In this document: one piece after another, positions 19,686 through 29,207 of the stretch
Numbering within the stretch: position 1 is the stretch's first letter
Layout: the number at the start of each line of letters is the position of its first letter
Notes under the pieces: model-generated
What the model was told of the DNA's origin: nothing
The model's database searches: none
Seen by the model: only the letters and a program-made list of their open reading frames with translations
Position numbers and translations under genes: made by a program
Assembly (NCBI GenBank): GCA_034439715.1
Contig: JAWXAY010000060.1
Coordinates: 1-51,509 of the forward strand
Reading direction: 5' to 3'
Source of the DNA: Pseudomonadota bacterium
GTDB taxonomy: Bacteria; Bdellovibrionota; Bdellovibrionia; Bdellovibrionales; SG-bin7
DNA length: 51,509 bases

Positions 19686-21908
19686 ATGTCTAAGGTCATC
19701 ATTGATTCCAGCAATTTCGAAGGCTTATCAGGAGGAGAGCCCCAGACAATTGACCAACTTTGTGAAACAATTATTTCTTACCACAAAAAAGCGGAGCTTG
19801 ACGTGCTTCGTAGAGCTTATGCCTTGTCAGAGGCCGCTCACTCCGGCCAGATTCGCAGATCCGGTCAGCCCTATATTTTTCATCCAGTAGGGGTCGCCGG
19901 TATTTTAGCTGAATTAAAACTCGATCTGGCGACAATTGCCACTGGGCTTCTTCACGATGTGGTTGAAGACACTAACGTGGGGCTAAAAGAGATCGAAGAA
20001 AAATTTGGTCCCGTAATTGCTCAGCTCGTCGATGGTGTAACAAAAATATCTCGCATGAGTTTTCGACACACACACGAAAAACAGGGCGAGAATATTCGTA
20101 AGATGATTGTCGCCATGGGGAAAGACGTGAGGGTTGTCCTGGTCAAGCTAGCCGATCGACTCCACAACATGAGAACGCTCAATCATATGCCGCCAGATAA
20201 ACAGATGCGGATCGCGCAAGAGACTCTTGATATTTACGCGCCTTTAGCCAGCCGCTTAGGTATAAGTTCTGTAAAAATTGAGCTCGAAGATTTAGGATTT
20301 CGTTACGTGAATTCAGAGCAGTACTATTTGCTGGCGCAAAAGGTGGCAAAAAAGCGAAAAGAGCGAGAACAATATATTGATGATGTAAAAAAAATGCTGG
20401 CCGATGAACTTGGAAAATATAATTTTGAGGCGACAGTTCAGGGGCGCCCCAAACATCTTTACTCAATTTATAAAAAAATGGTGTTAGGAAATTTGGATTA
20501 CGAGCAGGTTTTTGATGTTTTGGCTTTTCGTGTACTTGTCGAATCTGTTCCTCGTTGTTATGAAGTTCTTGGGCTCGCCCATTCGCTGTGGAAGCCAATT
20601 CCCGGTCGGTTTAAAGATTTCATTGCTATGCCAAAAATTAATAATTATCAAAGCCTTCATACGACAGTGGTGGGTCCCGGCGGCGAACACATTGAGGTGC
20701 AGATTCGCACCCACGAAATGCATCTTGTGGCCGAGCGCGGGATCGCAGCCCATTGGAAATATAAAGAAAAAGACCAAGTAGATATTGAATCATCCAATCG
20801 ATTTTCGTGGCTTCAAGACCTCGTCCAACGCCATCAGCAGACCCACGATCCTGATGAATTTTTAGAAGGCATTAAGACCGATTTGTTTGAATCAGAAATA
20901 TATGTATTTACTCCAAAAGGTGATGTGATGGAATTTCCTGATGGGGCAACGCCGCTCGACTTTGCTTATGCCATACATACAGATGTTGGTCAGCGCTGTG
21001 TAGCGGCCCGCGTGAATGGGCGATTGGTGCCATTGAAACACAAGTTAAAAAATGGCGATTCTGTCGAAGTGATTACTAGTAAAACTCAGCAGCCTTCAAA
21101 AGATTGGTTGAGTTTTTGTGTTACGACCAAAGCTCAAGCGCGGATTAGATCCTATATTAAAATTGAACAGCGAAAGCGCGCCTTGACTCTGGGTCAACAG
21201 CTACTTGAGAAAGCCTTTAGAAAATATGAATTAAAGCCTTCCACCTTTTTAGGAAGCGGCGAAGTACTAAAGCAGTATTTAAGTGATGTGGGTTGTCCCG
21301 ATGTTGACGACCTCTATGTAAAAGTTGGTTACGGAAAATTAATGGCTGAGCATGTTGTTGATAAGTTGGCGCCGGAGCACAGTAAAACTTCTTCTAAAGA
21401 GGAGCCAAGCTTTTTAGAGAAAATTTTTAAATCTGCTGCTCGCCAAAATAAAAAATCTCGCTCAATTATTGAAGTTGACGGCATGTCGGATGTATTAGTG
21501 CGATACGCGAGGTGTTGTACGCCAATCCCTGGAGATCCTATTGTTGGATTTATTAGTCGAGGACGAGGGATAACTGTTCATACTGCGAGTTGCCCTAAGA
21601 GCTTCAGTATGGATCAAGATCGCAGAGTGGATGTGCAATGGAGTCAGGCTCATGGCGCTGGCATGGAACGGCAAGCTCGCATTAGAGTAGTGAGTGATGA
21701 CCGCCAGGGTTTGCTGCAGAAAATGTCAGAAGCCTTTTCGGCCAAGGGAATTAACATTCTCAGTGCACAGGTGCGCACGACGAGAGATAAAAAAGCCATT
21801 TGTTTTTTTGATGTGAGTGTCAAAGATACTTCACAGCTTTATTCTGTCATGAATGATCTGCAAAAAATTGGTGGAATCTTAGGCGTGACGAGAATTTCTC
21901 AGGCTTAA
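19686..21908 (+). CDS. spoT: Bifunctional (p)ppGpp synthetase/hydrolase RelA/SpoT
   Basis: LLHDVVED HD motif, KLADRLHNMRTL, YQSLHT, TGS and ACT domains. Confidence 0.96.
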   Translation: MSKVIIDSSNFEGLSGGEPQTIDQLCETIISYHKKAELDVLRRAYALSEAAHSGQIRRSGQPYIFHPVGVAGILAELKLDLATIATGLLHDVVEDTNVGLKEIEEKFGPVIAQLVDGVTKISRMSFRHTHEKQGENIRKMIVAMGKDVRVVLVKLADRLHNMRTLNHMPPDKQMRIAQETLDIYAPLASRLGISSVKIELEDLGFRYVNSEQYYLLAQKVAKKRKEREQYIDDVKKMLADELGKYNFEATVQGRPKHLYSIYKKMVLGNLDYEQVFDVLAFRVLVESVPRCYEVLGLAHSLWKPIPGRFKDFIAMPKINNYQSLHTTVVGPGGEHIEVQIRTHEMHLVAERGIAAHWKYKEKDQVDIESSNRFSWLQDLVQRHQQTHDPDEFLEGIKTDLFESEIYVFTPKGDVMEFPDGATPLDFAYAIHTDVGQRCVAARVNGRLVPLKHKLKNGDSVEVITSKTQQPSKDWLSFCVTTKAQARIRSYIKIEQRKRALTLGQQLLEKAFRKYELKPSTFLGSGEVLKQYLSDVGCPDVDDLYVKVGYGKLMAEHVVDKLAPEHSKTSSKEEPSFLEKIFKSAARQNKKSRSIIEVDGMSDVLVRYARCCTPIPGDPIVGFISRGRGITVHTASCPKSFSMDQDRRVDVQWSQAHGAGMERQARIRVVSDDRQGLLQKMSEAFSAKGINILSAQVRTTRDKKAICFFDVSVKDTSQLYSVMNDLQKIGGILGVTRISQA

Positions 21909-22771
21909 AAAGTGAAACCCGTTAGAACCCTGATCATACTCGTAGTGACTTCTTGCGAGGGCGGCAGTGCACTATAGATAACCTCAACTGGCACACGCAT
22001 CGTTTTGCCCAAACCAAACGAAATTCCTCCACCCAAATCAAATGAGGCCGTTTGTTTTATTGAAGATTGACTGAGAGCATTGGTGTTGTTACTCGATGGA
22101 AAAAGCAGTCCGGCGCCACCACCGATGTACATTTTGAAGTCGCCATTGACGATATTCCATCCCAAAAATCCGTCAGCTGTTAAAAAGTTTATTTCAACAA
22201 CACATTTGGACGAACCATTACAAGCCGGAGTGGAAATTGTGGCTTCGGCCTTAAATGTTTCTATTCCGAGTCCTGCGCGAATAAATAAGCTAGATCCCAT
22301 GGGCAAGACCAGCACACCCTTTCCAACAAAACCCATACCCGAAGCTTTGGCTGTGGCGCCAATGAGCTTTACAGAAATGCTGTCTAAGCCAATGCCCGCC
22401 AAAACTCCATAACTCATACCGCCGCTTTTTTTAGGCTCGCTTTTGTCCTTACTTTTTCGTGAAACTTTATCTGCCTTCGCACCGACACTTTTATCTGTGG
22501 ATTTTTTAAGGGTCATGCCGACAGAAGCAGTGCCCGCTTTGATGATGCCCACCGCCTTATTTTTTTTAACTGTAGAAATTACCAGTCTTGCTTCTTTGCC
22601 GTCTTTTGAGGCAGTAAATACATCACCCTTTTTAAAGGGTGTATTACCGTCAAGTGCGATCACTACTTTTTTCTTTTTAACTGTTGTGATGGTATCCTCT
22701 GCAAAAATGTTTGCGGGGTGAAAAATTAGGATGGCCAGGCTGGAAACTACTAAGACTATATTTTTATACAT
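21905..22771 (-). CDS. Outer-membrane beta-barrel protein with N-terminal soluble beta domain
   Basis: Signal peptide, Lys-rich N-domain, barrel strands, Cys pair CNGSSKC, C-terminal GFTF. Confidence 0.68.
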   Translation of the reverse strand: MYKNIVLVVSSLAILIFHPANIFAEDTITTVKKKKVVIALDGNTPFKKGDVFTASKDGKEARLVISTVKKNKAVGIIKAGTASVGMTLKKSTDKSVGAKADKVSRKSKDKSEPKKSGGMSYGVLAGIGLDSISVKLIGATAKASGMGFVGKGVLVLPMGSSLFIRAGLGIETFKAEATISTPACNGSSKCVVEINFLTADGFLGWNIVNGDFKMYIGGGAGLLFPSSNNTNALSQSSIKQTASFDLGGGISFGLGKTMRVPVEVIYSALPPSQEVTTSMIRVLTGFTF

Positions 22772-22809
22772 GTTAAATCCCTAATTTGGTTAAGGTTCGT
22801 TTAGATTAA

Positions 22810-23181
22810 TTAATTTATGTGTTCCCAGCAAGAGAGATCGCGAGTTGTTGGGCATATCCAAGACCTAGTGCCAGAAATTCCGGGTTCTCCTACGTATACC
22901 ATGCAAAACTGCTCTTTGGTTTCAAGTAACTCAAGACTCGAGTAACCTGAAAAGTTTTTTGGATCCACATGCAGTCGCGCGCCTAAAACTTGTGGGGTGA
23001 CGCCCTCGCACCACTCAAGATCCAATACTTTAAAAGTCAAACTCTGACTGTTAAGAAATCGGGATCCGTTTTCTTCAAAAAATTTTCGGTGTTCTGATTT
23101 GTGAACGACACAGGCTCCAAGCAATAAAAATAGGGCCGTAAAGGCGCTTAATTTATTTAGGTATACCCGAGTAATATTCAT
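22810..23181 (-). CDS. Hypothetical lipoprotein
   Basis: Lipobox LGAC after a hydrophobic segment; Cys-rich C-terminus. Confidence 0.6.
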   Translation of the reverse strand: MNITRVYLNKLSAFTALFLLLGACVVHKSEHRKFFEENGSRFLNSQSLTFKVLDLEWCEGVTPQVLGARLHVDPKNFSGYSSLELLETKEQFCMVYVGEPGISGTRSWICPTTRDLSCWEHIN

Positions 23182-23187
23182 GTCTTA

Positions 23188-23215
23188 ATGTCGGCAGAAA
23201 TGACGTTAAATGTTA
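23188..23215 (-). promoter_or_regulatory. Possible sigma28-type promoter, leaderless
   Basis: TAAC-N16-GCCGACAT, then 6 nt, then ATG 23181. Confidence 0.4.
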
Positions 23216-23239
23216 TATGTCAAAGGCCCAGGTTATTCG

Positions 23240-23267
23240 TTGACCCACTGTCGTGAATACTTATAAT
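23240..23267 (+). promoter_or_regulatory. sigma70 promoter of the sugar ABC operon
   Basis: TTGACC-N16-TATAAT. Confidence 0.6.
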
Positions 23268-23307
23268 TATTGGGCTTTTCTTAATTTGACTTTTTCCTGG
23301 GGGTTCT

Positions 23308-24312
23308 ATGATTAGAATATTGGTTTTATTGGTGTTTTGCTTCGGTTTTTCTGTAGGGAATTCTGTGGATGGGGCCGAAAAAATAAAAATTGGTTTTGTC
23401 TTGGCGACCGTTAAAGAAGAGCGTTATCAAAAAGATCAAAAGTTTTTTATTGATGAGGCCAACAAGCTAGGCTTTGAACCAGTTATCGTGTCTGCGGATA
23501 ACAATCCCCAATTACAGGTTTCGAAAATTGAAAATCTTTTATCTCAAGGAGTCAAAGCTTTAGTCATCCAACCAGTCAATGCCGGAGCTTCTGCAAGCCT
23601 AGTAAAGCTCGCACACCAAGATAAGGTTCCTGTCGTCAGTTACGATCGACTGATCGTTGGTGCGCCCCTTGATTTTTATATTACTCAAGATTCATTTAAA
23701 GTGGGCGAATTACAGGCCCAGGCCGCAGTTAAAGCAACGGGGGGAAAGGGAAACTATGTGATTCTTATGGGAGAGGCCGGCCACTCTGTAGCTAACGAAA
23801 TTACTAAAGGTGTCGAATCTGTTTTATCAAAGCACCCAGAAATAAAAGTAGTATATCGAAAAAACCATGAAGGTTGGAGTTCGTCATTGGCCATGGCTAC
23901 TGTCGAAAATGCTTTGACTCAACAGAAAAATAAGATCGATGCTATTTTAGCGAATAATTCAGGAATGGCCCACGGGGCAATTCAAGCGCTAATTCCCCAG
24001 GGTCTGGCCGGTAAAGTTTTTGTTGCTGGAGCTGACGCCGATCTGGCCTCGATAAAAGATATCGTGGCTGGCAAGCAGCAGTTTGAGGTTTTAAAGGATA
24101 TCGAGCCTTTAGCGAGAACTTCAGCGCGGGTAGCTTTTGACCTAGCTCGGGGCAAAAAGGTAACTCCTCAACAAGTCATTGATAACGGTGGCTATAAAGT
24201 GCCAACTATCGCGACTCCCGTTTATGCAATCGTTAAAGAAAATATCGAAGAGAAAATTATTCGAACAGGGTTTCACTCCAAAGAATTAGTTTACGGTACT
24301 CTCAAAAAGTAA
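23308..24312 (+). CDS. Monosaccharide ABC transporter substrate-binding protein (XylF/ChvE-like)
   Basis: ERYQKD, VVSYDRLI, Peripla_BP_4 fold pattern, signal peptide. Confidence 0.88.
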   Translation: MIRILVLLVFCFGFSVGNSVDGAEKIKIGFVLATVKEERYQKDQKFFIDEANKLGFEPVIVSADNNPQLQVSKIENLLSQGVKALVIQPVNAGASASLVKLAHQDKVPVVSYDRLIVGAPLDFYITQDSFKVGELQAQAAVKATGGKGNYVILMGEAGHSVANEITKGVESVLSKHPEIKVVYRKNHEGWSSSLAMATVENALTQQKNKIDAILANNSGMAHGAIQALIPQGLAGKVFVAGADADLASIKDIVAGKQQFEVLKDIEPLARTSARVAFDLARGKKVTPQQVIDNGGYKVPTIATPVYAIVKENIEEKIIRTGFHSKELVYGTLKK

Positions 24313-25818
24313 ATGCCAGAACTTATCCGTTTAGAAAACATCAGTAAAGGCTTTCCGGGAGTGCAAGCGCTTAAAGGGGTCAGTCTCAATCTACTGGCGG
24401 GTGAGGTTTTGGGCCTTGTGGGTGAGAATGGTGCTGGTAAGTCTACACTGATGAAGATATTAAGCGCCGTTTACCCCTACGGGACCTTTGATGGAAAGAT
24501 ATATGTTGAAAACCAAGAGCAAAAATTTTTAAACGCGGCCGATTCTCAAAAGCAGCGAATTGCGATTATCCACCAAGAACTTTCTCCATTTTGGGATTTA
24601 ACAGTGGCCGAGAATCTTTTTGTGGGACGTTGGCTCCTTAAAAACCATTTGATTAATTGGCACGAAATAAATGCGCATGCGGAGTTCTGGCTAAGCAAAG
24701 TGAAAGCTAAATGTAGGCCCACAGATAAAATGGGTAACTTAAGTGTTGGCACACAACAGCTAATAGAAATTGCGAAGGCCCTCTCTCAACATAGCCGGGT
24801 ACTTATACTCGATGAGCCTACCTCGGCCCTCACTCCCAAGGAAGTAAAAACACTTTTTGAGATTATATTGGATCTCAAAAAATCAGGGCATGGCTTAGTC
24901 TACATTAGTCATAAAATGGAAGAGATTTTTGAAATCACCGATCGCCTGACCGTTCTTCGTGACGGCGAAAGTGTTTTTACGGGTAAAACTAGTGAGATTA
25001 GTGAGGCTGCCTTAATTTCTCATATGGTTGGCCGAAAATTTGATCGCTTATTTCCGGCGAAGCCCGAGCAGCAGCTAAAACATGAGTGCCTGCGTGTCGA
25101 GGGATTTTTTGGCAAAAGCGCGAGTGAGAAAAAAGAGGTGGGCCCGCTTAATTTTTCTTTGAGAGAAGGAGAAATTTTGGGCTTTGCTGGGCTTTTGGGT
25201 GCCGGCCGAAGCGAGTTCTTTCGCACGCTTTTCGGAGATGCTGAATTCAGCGCAACCGGAAAAGTGACTTTTGAAGGTAAGCCTCGCAAAGTTATTAGCC
25301 CCCGACAAAGTCTGATTGAAAAAATGGCCTTTGTTCCGGAAGACCGAAAGCGAGAAAGTATTTTTGAAAAACAAGATCTGAGCGATAATTTGGCCATGGC
25401 CCGCTGGAGCAAGGAATCACTGGCGACTGTGATTAACGCTAAAGATGAAAGGGCCGTCGGGGAACAGTCGATTCAAAAATTTAAAGTTAAAACACCGAGC
25501 TTAAATCAAGAAATTCAGAATCTGAGTGGCGGAAACCAACAAAAAGTAGTTATTGCTCGAGTCCTACAAGCAGAGCCTACAGTTTTAATATTAGATGAAC
25601 CCACACGTGGGATAGATGTGGGCGCCAAATTCGAAATATATGAAATTCTATTTGAACTAGCAGCCCAGGGAAAGGCTCTTATGGTTTCGAGTTCAGACTT
25701 ATTGGAGCTGATAGGAATTTGTGATCGCATTATCGTGATGAGTACGGGGCGCCAGATGGGAATTGTAGAGAGGTCAGAGTTCTCTCAGGAAAAAATTATG
25801 AAGCTTGCGGTGGGATGA
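24313..25818 (+). CDS. Monosaccharide ABC transporter ATPase (XylG-like, two NBDs)
   Basis: GENGAGKSTLMK, LDEPT, LSGGNQQK, DEPTRGIDVGAK. Confidence 0.93.
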   Translation: MPELIRLENISKGFPGVQALKGVSLNLLAGEVLGLVGENGAGKSTLMKILSAVYPYGTFDGKIYVENQEQKFLNAADSQKQRIAIIHQELSPFWDLTVAENLFVGRWLLKNHLINWHEINAHAEFWLSKVKAKCRPTDKMGNLSVGTQQLIEIAKALSQHSRVLILDEPTSALTPKEVKTLFEIILDLKKSGHGLVYISHKMEEIFEITDRLTVLRDGESVFTGKTSEISEAALISHMVGRKFDRLFPAKPEQQLKHECLRVEGFFGKSASEKKEVGPLNFSLREGEILGFAGLLGAGRSEFFRTLFGDAEFSATGKVTFEGKPRKVISPRQSLIEKMAFVPEDRKRESIFEKQDLSDNLAMARWSKESLATVINAKDERAVGEQSIQKFKVKTPSLNQEIQNLSGGNQQKVVIARVLQAEPTVLILDEPTRGIDVGAKFEIYEILFELAAQGKALMVSSSDLLELIGICDRIIVMSTGRQMGIVERSEFSQEKIMKLAVG

Positions 25819-25822
25819 TAAA

Positions 25823-26899
25823 ATGGCATTTATAAAGAAAAATGGAATTTGGCTCGCACTTTTTTTGATGGTTTTTTTCTTGACGATAAAAACCAATGGC
25901 GATTTTTTAAGTGCTCGAAATATTACAAATCTTATTAGGCAAACTTCGATAAACGGAATATTGGCCTGTGGCATGACCCTTGTCATATTAACCGGGGGAA
26001 TTGATCTCTCTATTGGAAGCGTTGTTGGAATGACTGGCGTGTTGGTTGGGCTCAGCCAGATAAACTGGGGACTCGCTCAAATGGGACTTACCGGCGCATG
26101 GATGTCCGCGCTATTAAGCGTTGCATTCGGCACGCTTGCGGGCGGCATTAACGGCGGACTCATTGCTTACTTGGGGATTACTCCATTTATAGTAACTTTG
26201 GGCACAATGGTTATTGCGAGGGGCATGGCGCTTATTTTTTCGGGAGGCACGAGCATTGCTCCGCTCGGAGAGTCCGTGGCTAACCTCAGTATGGAATATC
26301 TAAACCCTCAACTTAGCTGGGCAATATTGGCGATTTCGCTGATTATTTTTTTAGGTTTTTTTCGCCGAGATCTGAAGGATAAAATTTTTCTCATTATTAC
26401 TCTTTTATTTATTTCCTATGGATTTATGGGGTTTCAGGGTGTGCCTTATTTAGGACTTATGTTCTTTTTTACTGTGGCTTTTTGTGGCTGGCTCCTCAAA
26501 TACACGGTATTGGGCCGTTCCGTGTACGCCGTAGGGTCTAATGAAAGAGCAGCCTTGTGGGCAGGCGTTCCCACGGCTCGAATTAAATTTTTTGTTTATA
26601 CATTTATAGGTTTTTTGGCGGGTCTTTGCGGAGTTCTTACGGCTTCGCGAATAAATGGAGCAAATCCAAATGAAGGGCAACTATTTGAGCTTGACGCCAT
26701 TGCAGCCGTCGTTATTGGAGGCACGCGCCTTACTGGCGGCGTAGGTACTATTTTGGGCACTTTTGTTGGAGCATTGACAATTGCCACTTTAAATAATGGA
26801 ATGGATCATCTTGGTGTCCCGGATTTTTACAGAATGGTTTTTAAGGGGTTAATAATTATCCTGGCGGTGGGCCTCGATAAGGCCCAAAGAAACAACTAG
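25823..26899 (+). CDS. Monosaccharide ABC transporter permease (XylH-like)
   Basis: GGIDLSIGS, PFIVTLG, ELDAIAAVVIGG; start placed at ATG 25823. Confidence 0.92.
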   Translation: MAFIKKNGIWLALFLMVFFLTIKTNGDFLSARNITNLIRQTSINGILACGMTLVILTGGIDLSIGSVVGMTGVLVGLSQINWGLAQMGLTGAWMSALLSVAFGTLAGGINGGLIAYLGITPFIVTLGTMVIARGMALIFSGGTSIAPLGESVANLSMEYLNPQLSWAILAISLIIFLGFFRRDLKDKIFLIITLLFISYGFMGFQGVPYLGLMFFFTVAFCGWLLKYTVLGRSVYAVGSNERAALWAGVPTARIKFFVYTFIGFLAGLCGVLTASRINGANPNEGQLFELDAIAAVVIGGTRLTGGVGTILGTFVGALTIATLNNGMDHLGVPDFYRMVFKGLIIILAVGLDKAQRNN

Positions 26900-26911
26900 A
26901 GAAACAACTAG
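26888..26911. repeat. Perfect 12-bp tandem duplication AGAAACAACTAG x2
   Basis: Directly visible across the permease stop codon. Confidence 0.8.
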
Positions 26912-26923
26912 AAGGACCCGTGC

Positions 26924-29140
26924 ATGCCCGTATTTAGTTTTGCTGTAGTCTTTTTAGCTTCTTGTATAACGTCTGCGTCCCTGCAGACTCTAGAACTGTC
27001 GACAAAAGAAAAGATTCCCCCTCTTCGGCGTCCCAACATTACCTTAACCCGAGAGTTAGGCGAAATAAAAACCGCTTTTGCCAAGGGAAACTTTAAAGAC
27101 TGTTTCAAAAAATCTCAGTCCCTTCGAAAAAAAGCGAGTGAAATTGAGCCTTGGGTAGTGTTGGCCGGACTCGTTTGCGCTGAAAAAGGCTTGCACCTTG
27201 ATCAAGGCCTTGCCAATGATTTTTTTAAAGAAATCAAATCCAGTCGCGATAAAACCAAATGGTTTAATCAGGGTCCCTACGCCACTGATTTTCGAAATGT
27301 GGGAATTAAAGGTCTTTTACACCTTGCAAATGCCTCTTTGGCGAAGGACCGAAAAAATACTTGGGGATACATTGATGCCCTGTTTGAGTGGTTACAATAT
27401 TTGGAAAGCAAACAGCGCGCCACTTACTTCCGCATTGTCGGAGATTTGGCGTTTTTAGAACAAAAGTGGCCTAGTGCTTCTGAGTACTATAAAAAAAGCC
27501 TTGCGCTTGATGACAATGTTGAGTTGAGAAAGAAGTTTGATCAACTAGAGGAAAAGCGTCCGCCGCAAGTCATTGAACCTATTGTAGAGAGCAGTAACGG
27601 ATTGAGCGTGTTTCCTGAGCTTCTTGAGCTCGATCGTCGCATGAAAGAATCGTTCAAAAACAATAATCTCGGCGCAGCGATATTAGATGCTGCAGAAATT
27701 GTCAAAAAATATCCAGACACTAAGGCGTCAGAGTTTGCAGGAGTCAAACTCATTGAGACTTTATTTATGGTCCTTGAAGAGAGCGAAACTAAGTTCGAAG
27801 CGATCCGTGAAAAACTCCTCGATCTGATGGAGGACTGCACGGCACAGAGAGTATCGCGTTGGTCGAAGCTTTTGTATGGGCGCGGACAATATGCCATCAG
27901 TCATCGCTTTGCTAAACGTGCGGCTAAAAAACTTGACGGCCTTAGTTCGATTGTTGAAGAGCTCGAAGTAGCTGCGCTATCCGCTCAGCACATAGGTCAG
28001 CTGAGCGATGCCATAACCCTTAATAATGTCCTCATCGAAAAATACCCATCTGTACCCCAATCCAATGAGGCACTATTTCGACTCGGGCTGATTTATTTAC
28101 AGCGGCAAGAATATTCTCAATCTGCCTCTAGTTTTGAAAAATATCTTTTGCTAACTGGTACGAATGGCAAAGAGCTAAACGCCAGGTACTGGAGGTACAG
28201 GGCCTTACAGTTTATGAAAAATACCGAGCTTGAAAAAGAAGCTGAGATTATATTAGAAAAATTTCCGTTTAGTTACTATGGAATATTGCTTCGTTCAGAA
28301 AAGGATCCTCTGGCATTTAGTTTTGTCTTTCAGCCAGAAACTGAAGTAAAGGCGCCCTACTGGTTGATTGGGGACTATCAGTTGAGTTGGAAGCGACTCA
28401 ACACACTTTTAGAAATTGGATGGAATGAGGAGGCCCAGGCAGAACTGAAATACTTGCCTTCGCCCGTAAATGCTTTGCAAAAGGTGGTCTTGTCGCGATA
28501 CTTCGTGGCCGCTCAAGAGTATGCAAGTGCCATAAAATTCATGAATGAAGCCTGGGACGAAAATAAAATGTTTCGGCAAAAATCGTTTTTGACTATGCTT
28601 TTTCCGAATGATTTTTTGTCTGCGGTTACTGAATTTGCAGCTCAAAAAAATATTGAATCGGATTTAATATTAAGTCTCATTCGCCAAGAGAGCGCTTTCT
28701 CTCGCACTGCCGTGAGCCGATCAGGAGCCCTAGGATTAATGCAACTGATTCCCCCAACCGCTGACGAGGTCGCAAAGGATTTAAATTTTCAAAGCTTGAA
28801 TATTCCCGATGAGGTTTTTCAACCAAAATTAAATATTCAAATGGGTACGCACTATTTGGCAAAGATGCTCAAAAAATATCGGGGGCATGTGCCGCTGGCC
28901 CTGGCTTCCTACAATGCGGGACCTACGCGACTAGACCGCTGGCTAAATGCCAAAGGCATTGCTAAAAAAATAAGAGAGAAGACAGACTTTGATCCTATGG
29001 ATGATTTGTGGGTTGAAGAATTGCCTTGGGGTGAAACAAGTTTTTACGTAAAATCGATTTTGCGAAATTTAGTAATTTATCGATCGTTAAAAGCACCTGA
29101 AACATTTGTTTTGAAAAAACCTGTCTGGAAGCAAGACTAG
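26924..29140 (+). CDS. TPR-containing Slt-family lytic transglycosylase (lipoprotein-like N-terminus)
   Basis: LASC lipobox, TPR helices, LIRQES, GALGLMQLIP, ASYNAGP, ETSFYV. Confidence 0.9.
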   Translation: MPVFSFAVVFLASCITSASLQTLELSTKEKIPPLRRPNITLTRELGEIKTAFAKGNFKDCFKKSQSLRKKASEIEPWVVLAGLVCAEKGLHLDQGLANDFFKEIKSSRDKTKWFNQGPYATDFRNVGIKGLLHLANASLAKDRKNTWGYIDALFEWLQYLESKQRATYFRIVGDLAFLEQKWPSASEYYKKSLALDDNVELRKKFDQLEEKRPPQVIEPIVESSNGLSVFPELLELDRRMKESFKNNNLGAAILDAAEIVKKYPDTKASEFAGVKLIETLFMVLEESETKFEAIREKLLDLMEDCTAQRVSRWSKLLYGRGQYAISHRFAKRAAKKLDGLSSIVEELEVAALSAQHIGQLSDAITLNNVLIEKYPSVPQSNEALFRLGLIYLQRQEYSQSASSFEKYLLLTGTNGKELNARYWRYRALQFMKNTELEKEAEIILEKFPFSYYGILLRSEKDPLAFSFVFQPETEVKAPYWLIGDYQLSWKRLNTLLEIGWNEEAQAELKYLPSPVNALQKVVLSRYFVAAQEYASAIKFMNEAWDENKMFRQKSFLTMLFPNDFLSAVTEFAAQKNIESDLILSLIRQESAFSRTAVSRSGALGLMQLIPPTADEVAKDLNFQSLNIPDEVFQPKLNIQMGTHYLAKMLKKYRGHVPLALASYNAGPTRLDRWLNAKGIAKKIREKTDFDPMDDLWVEELPWGETSFYVKSILRNLVIYRSLKAPETFVLKKPVWKQD

Positions 29141-29207
29141 GGTTGCAGAAAATCTAAAACTCATTTACCATTTTATAATAGATGTTCATAGATTTTCACC
29201 TGGGGAG

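Noticed and set aside
23308..26899. Assigning xylF/xylG/xylH gene symbols
   Set aside because: Binding-site motifs diverge and no xylose catabolic genes are adjacent, so the substrate is uncertain
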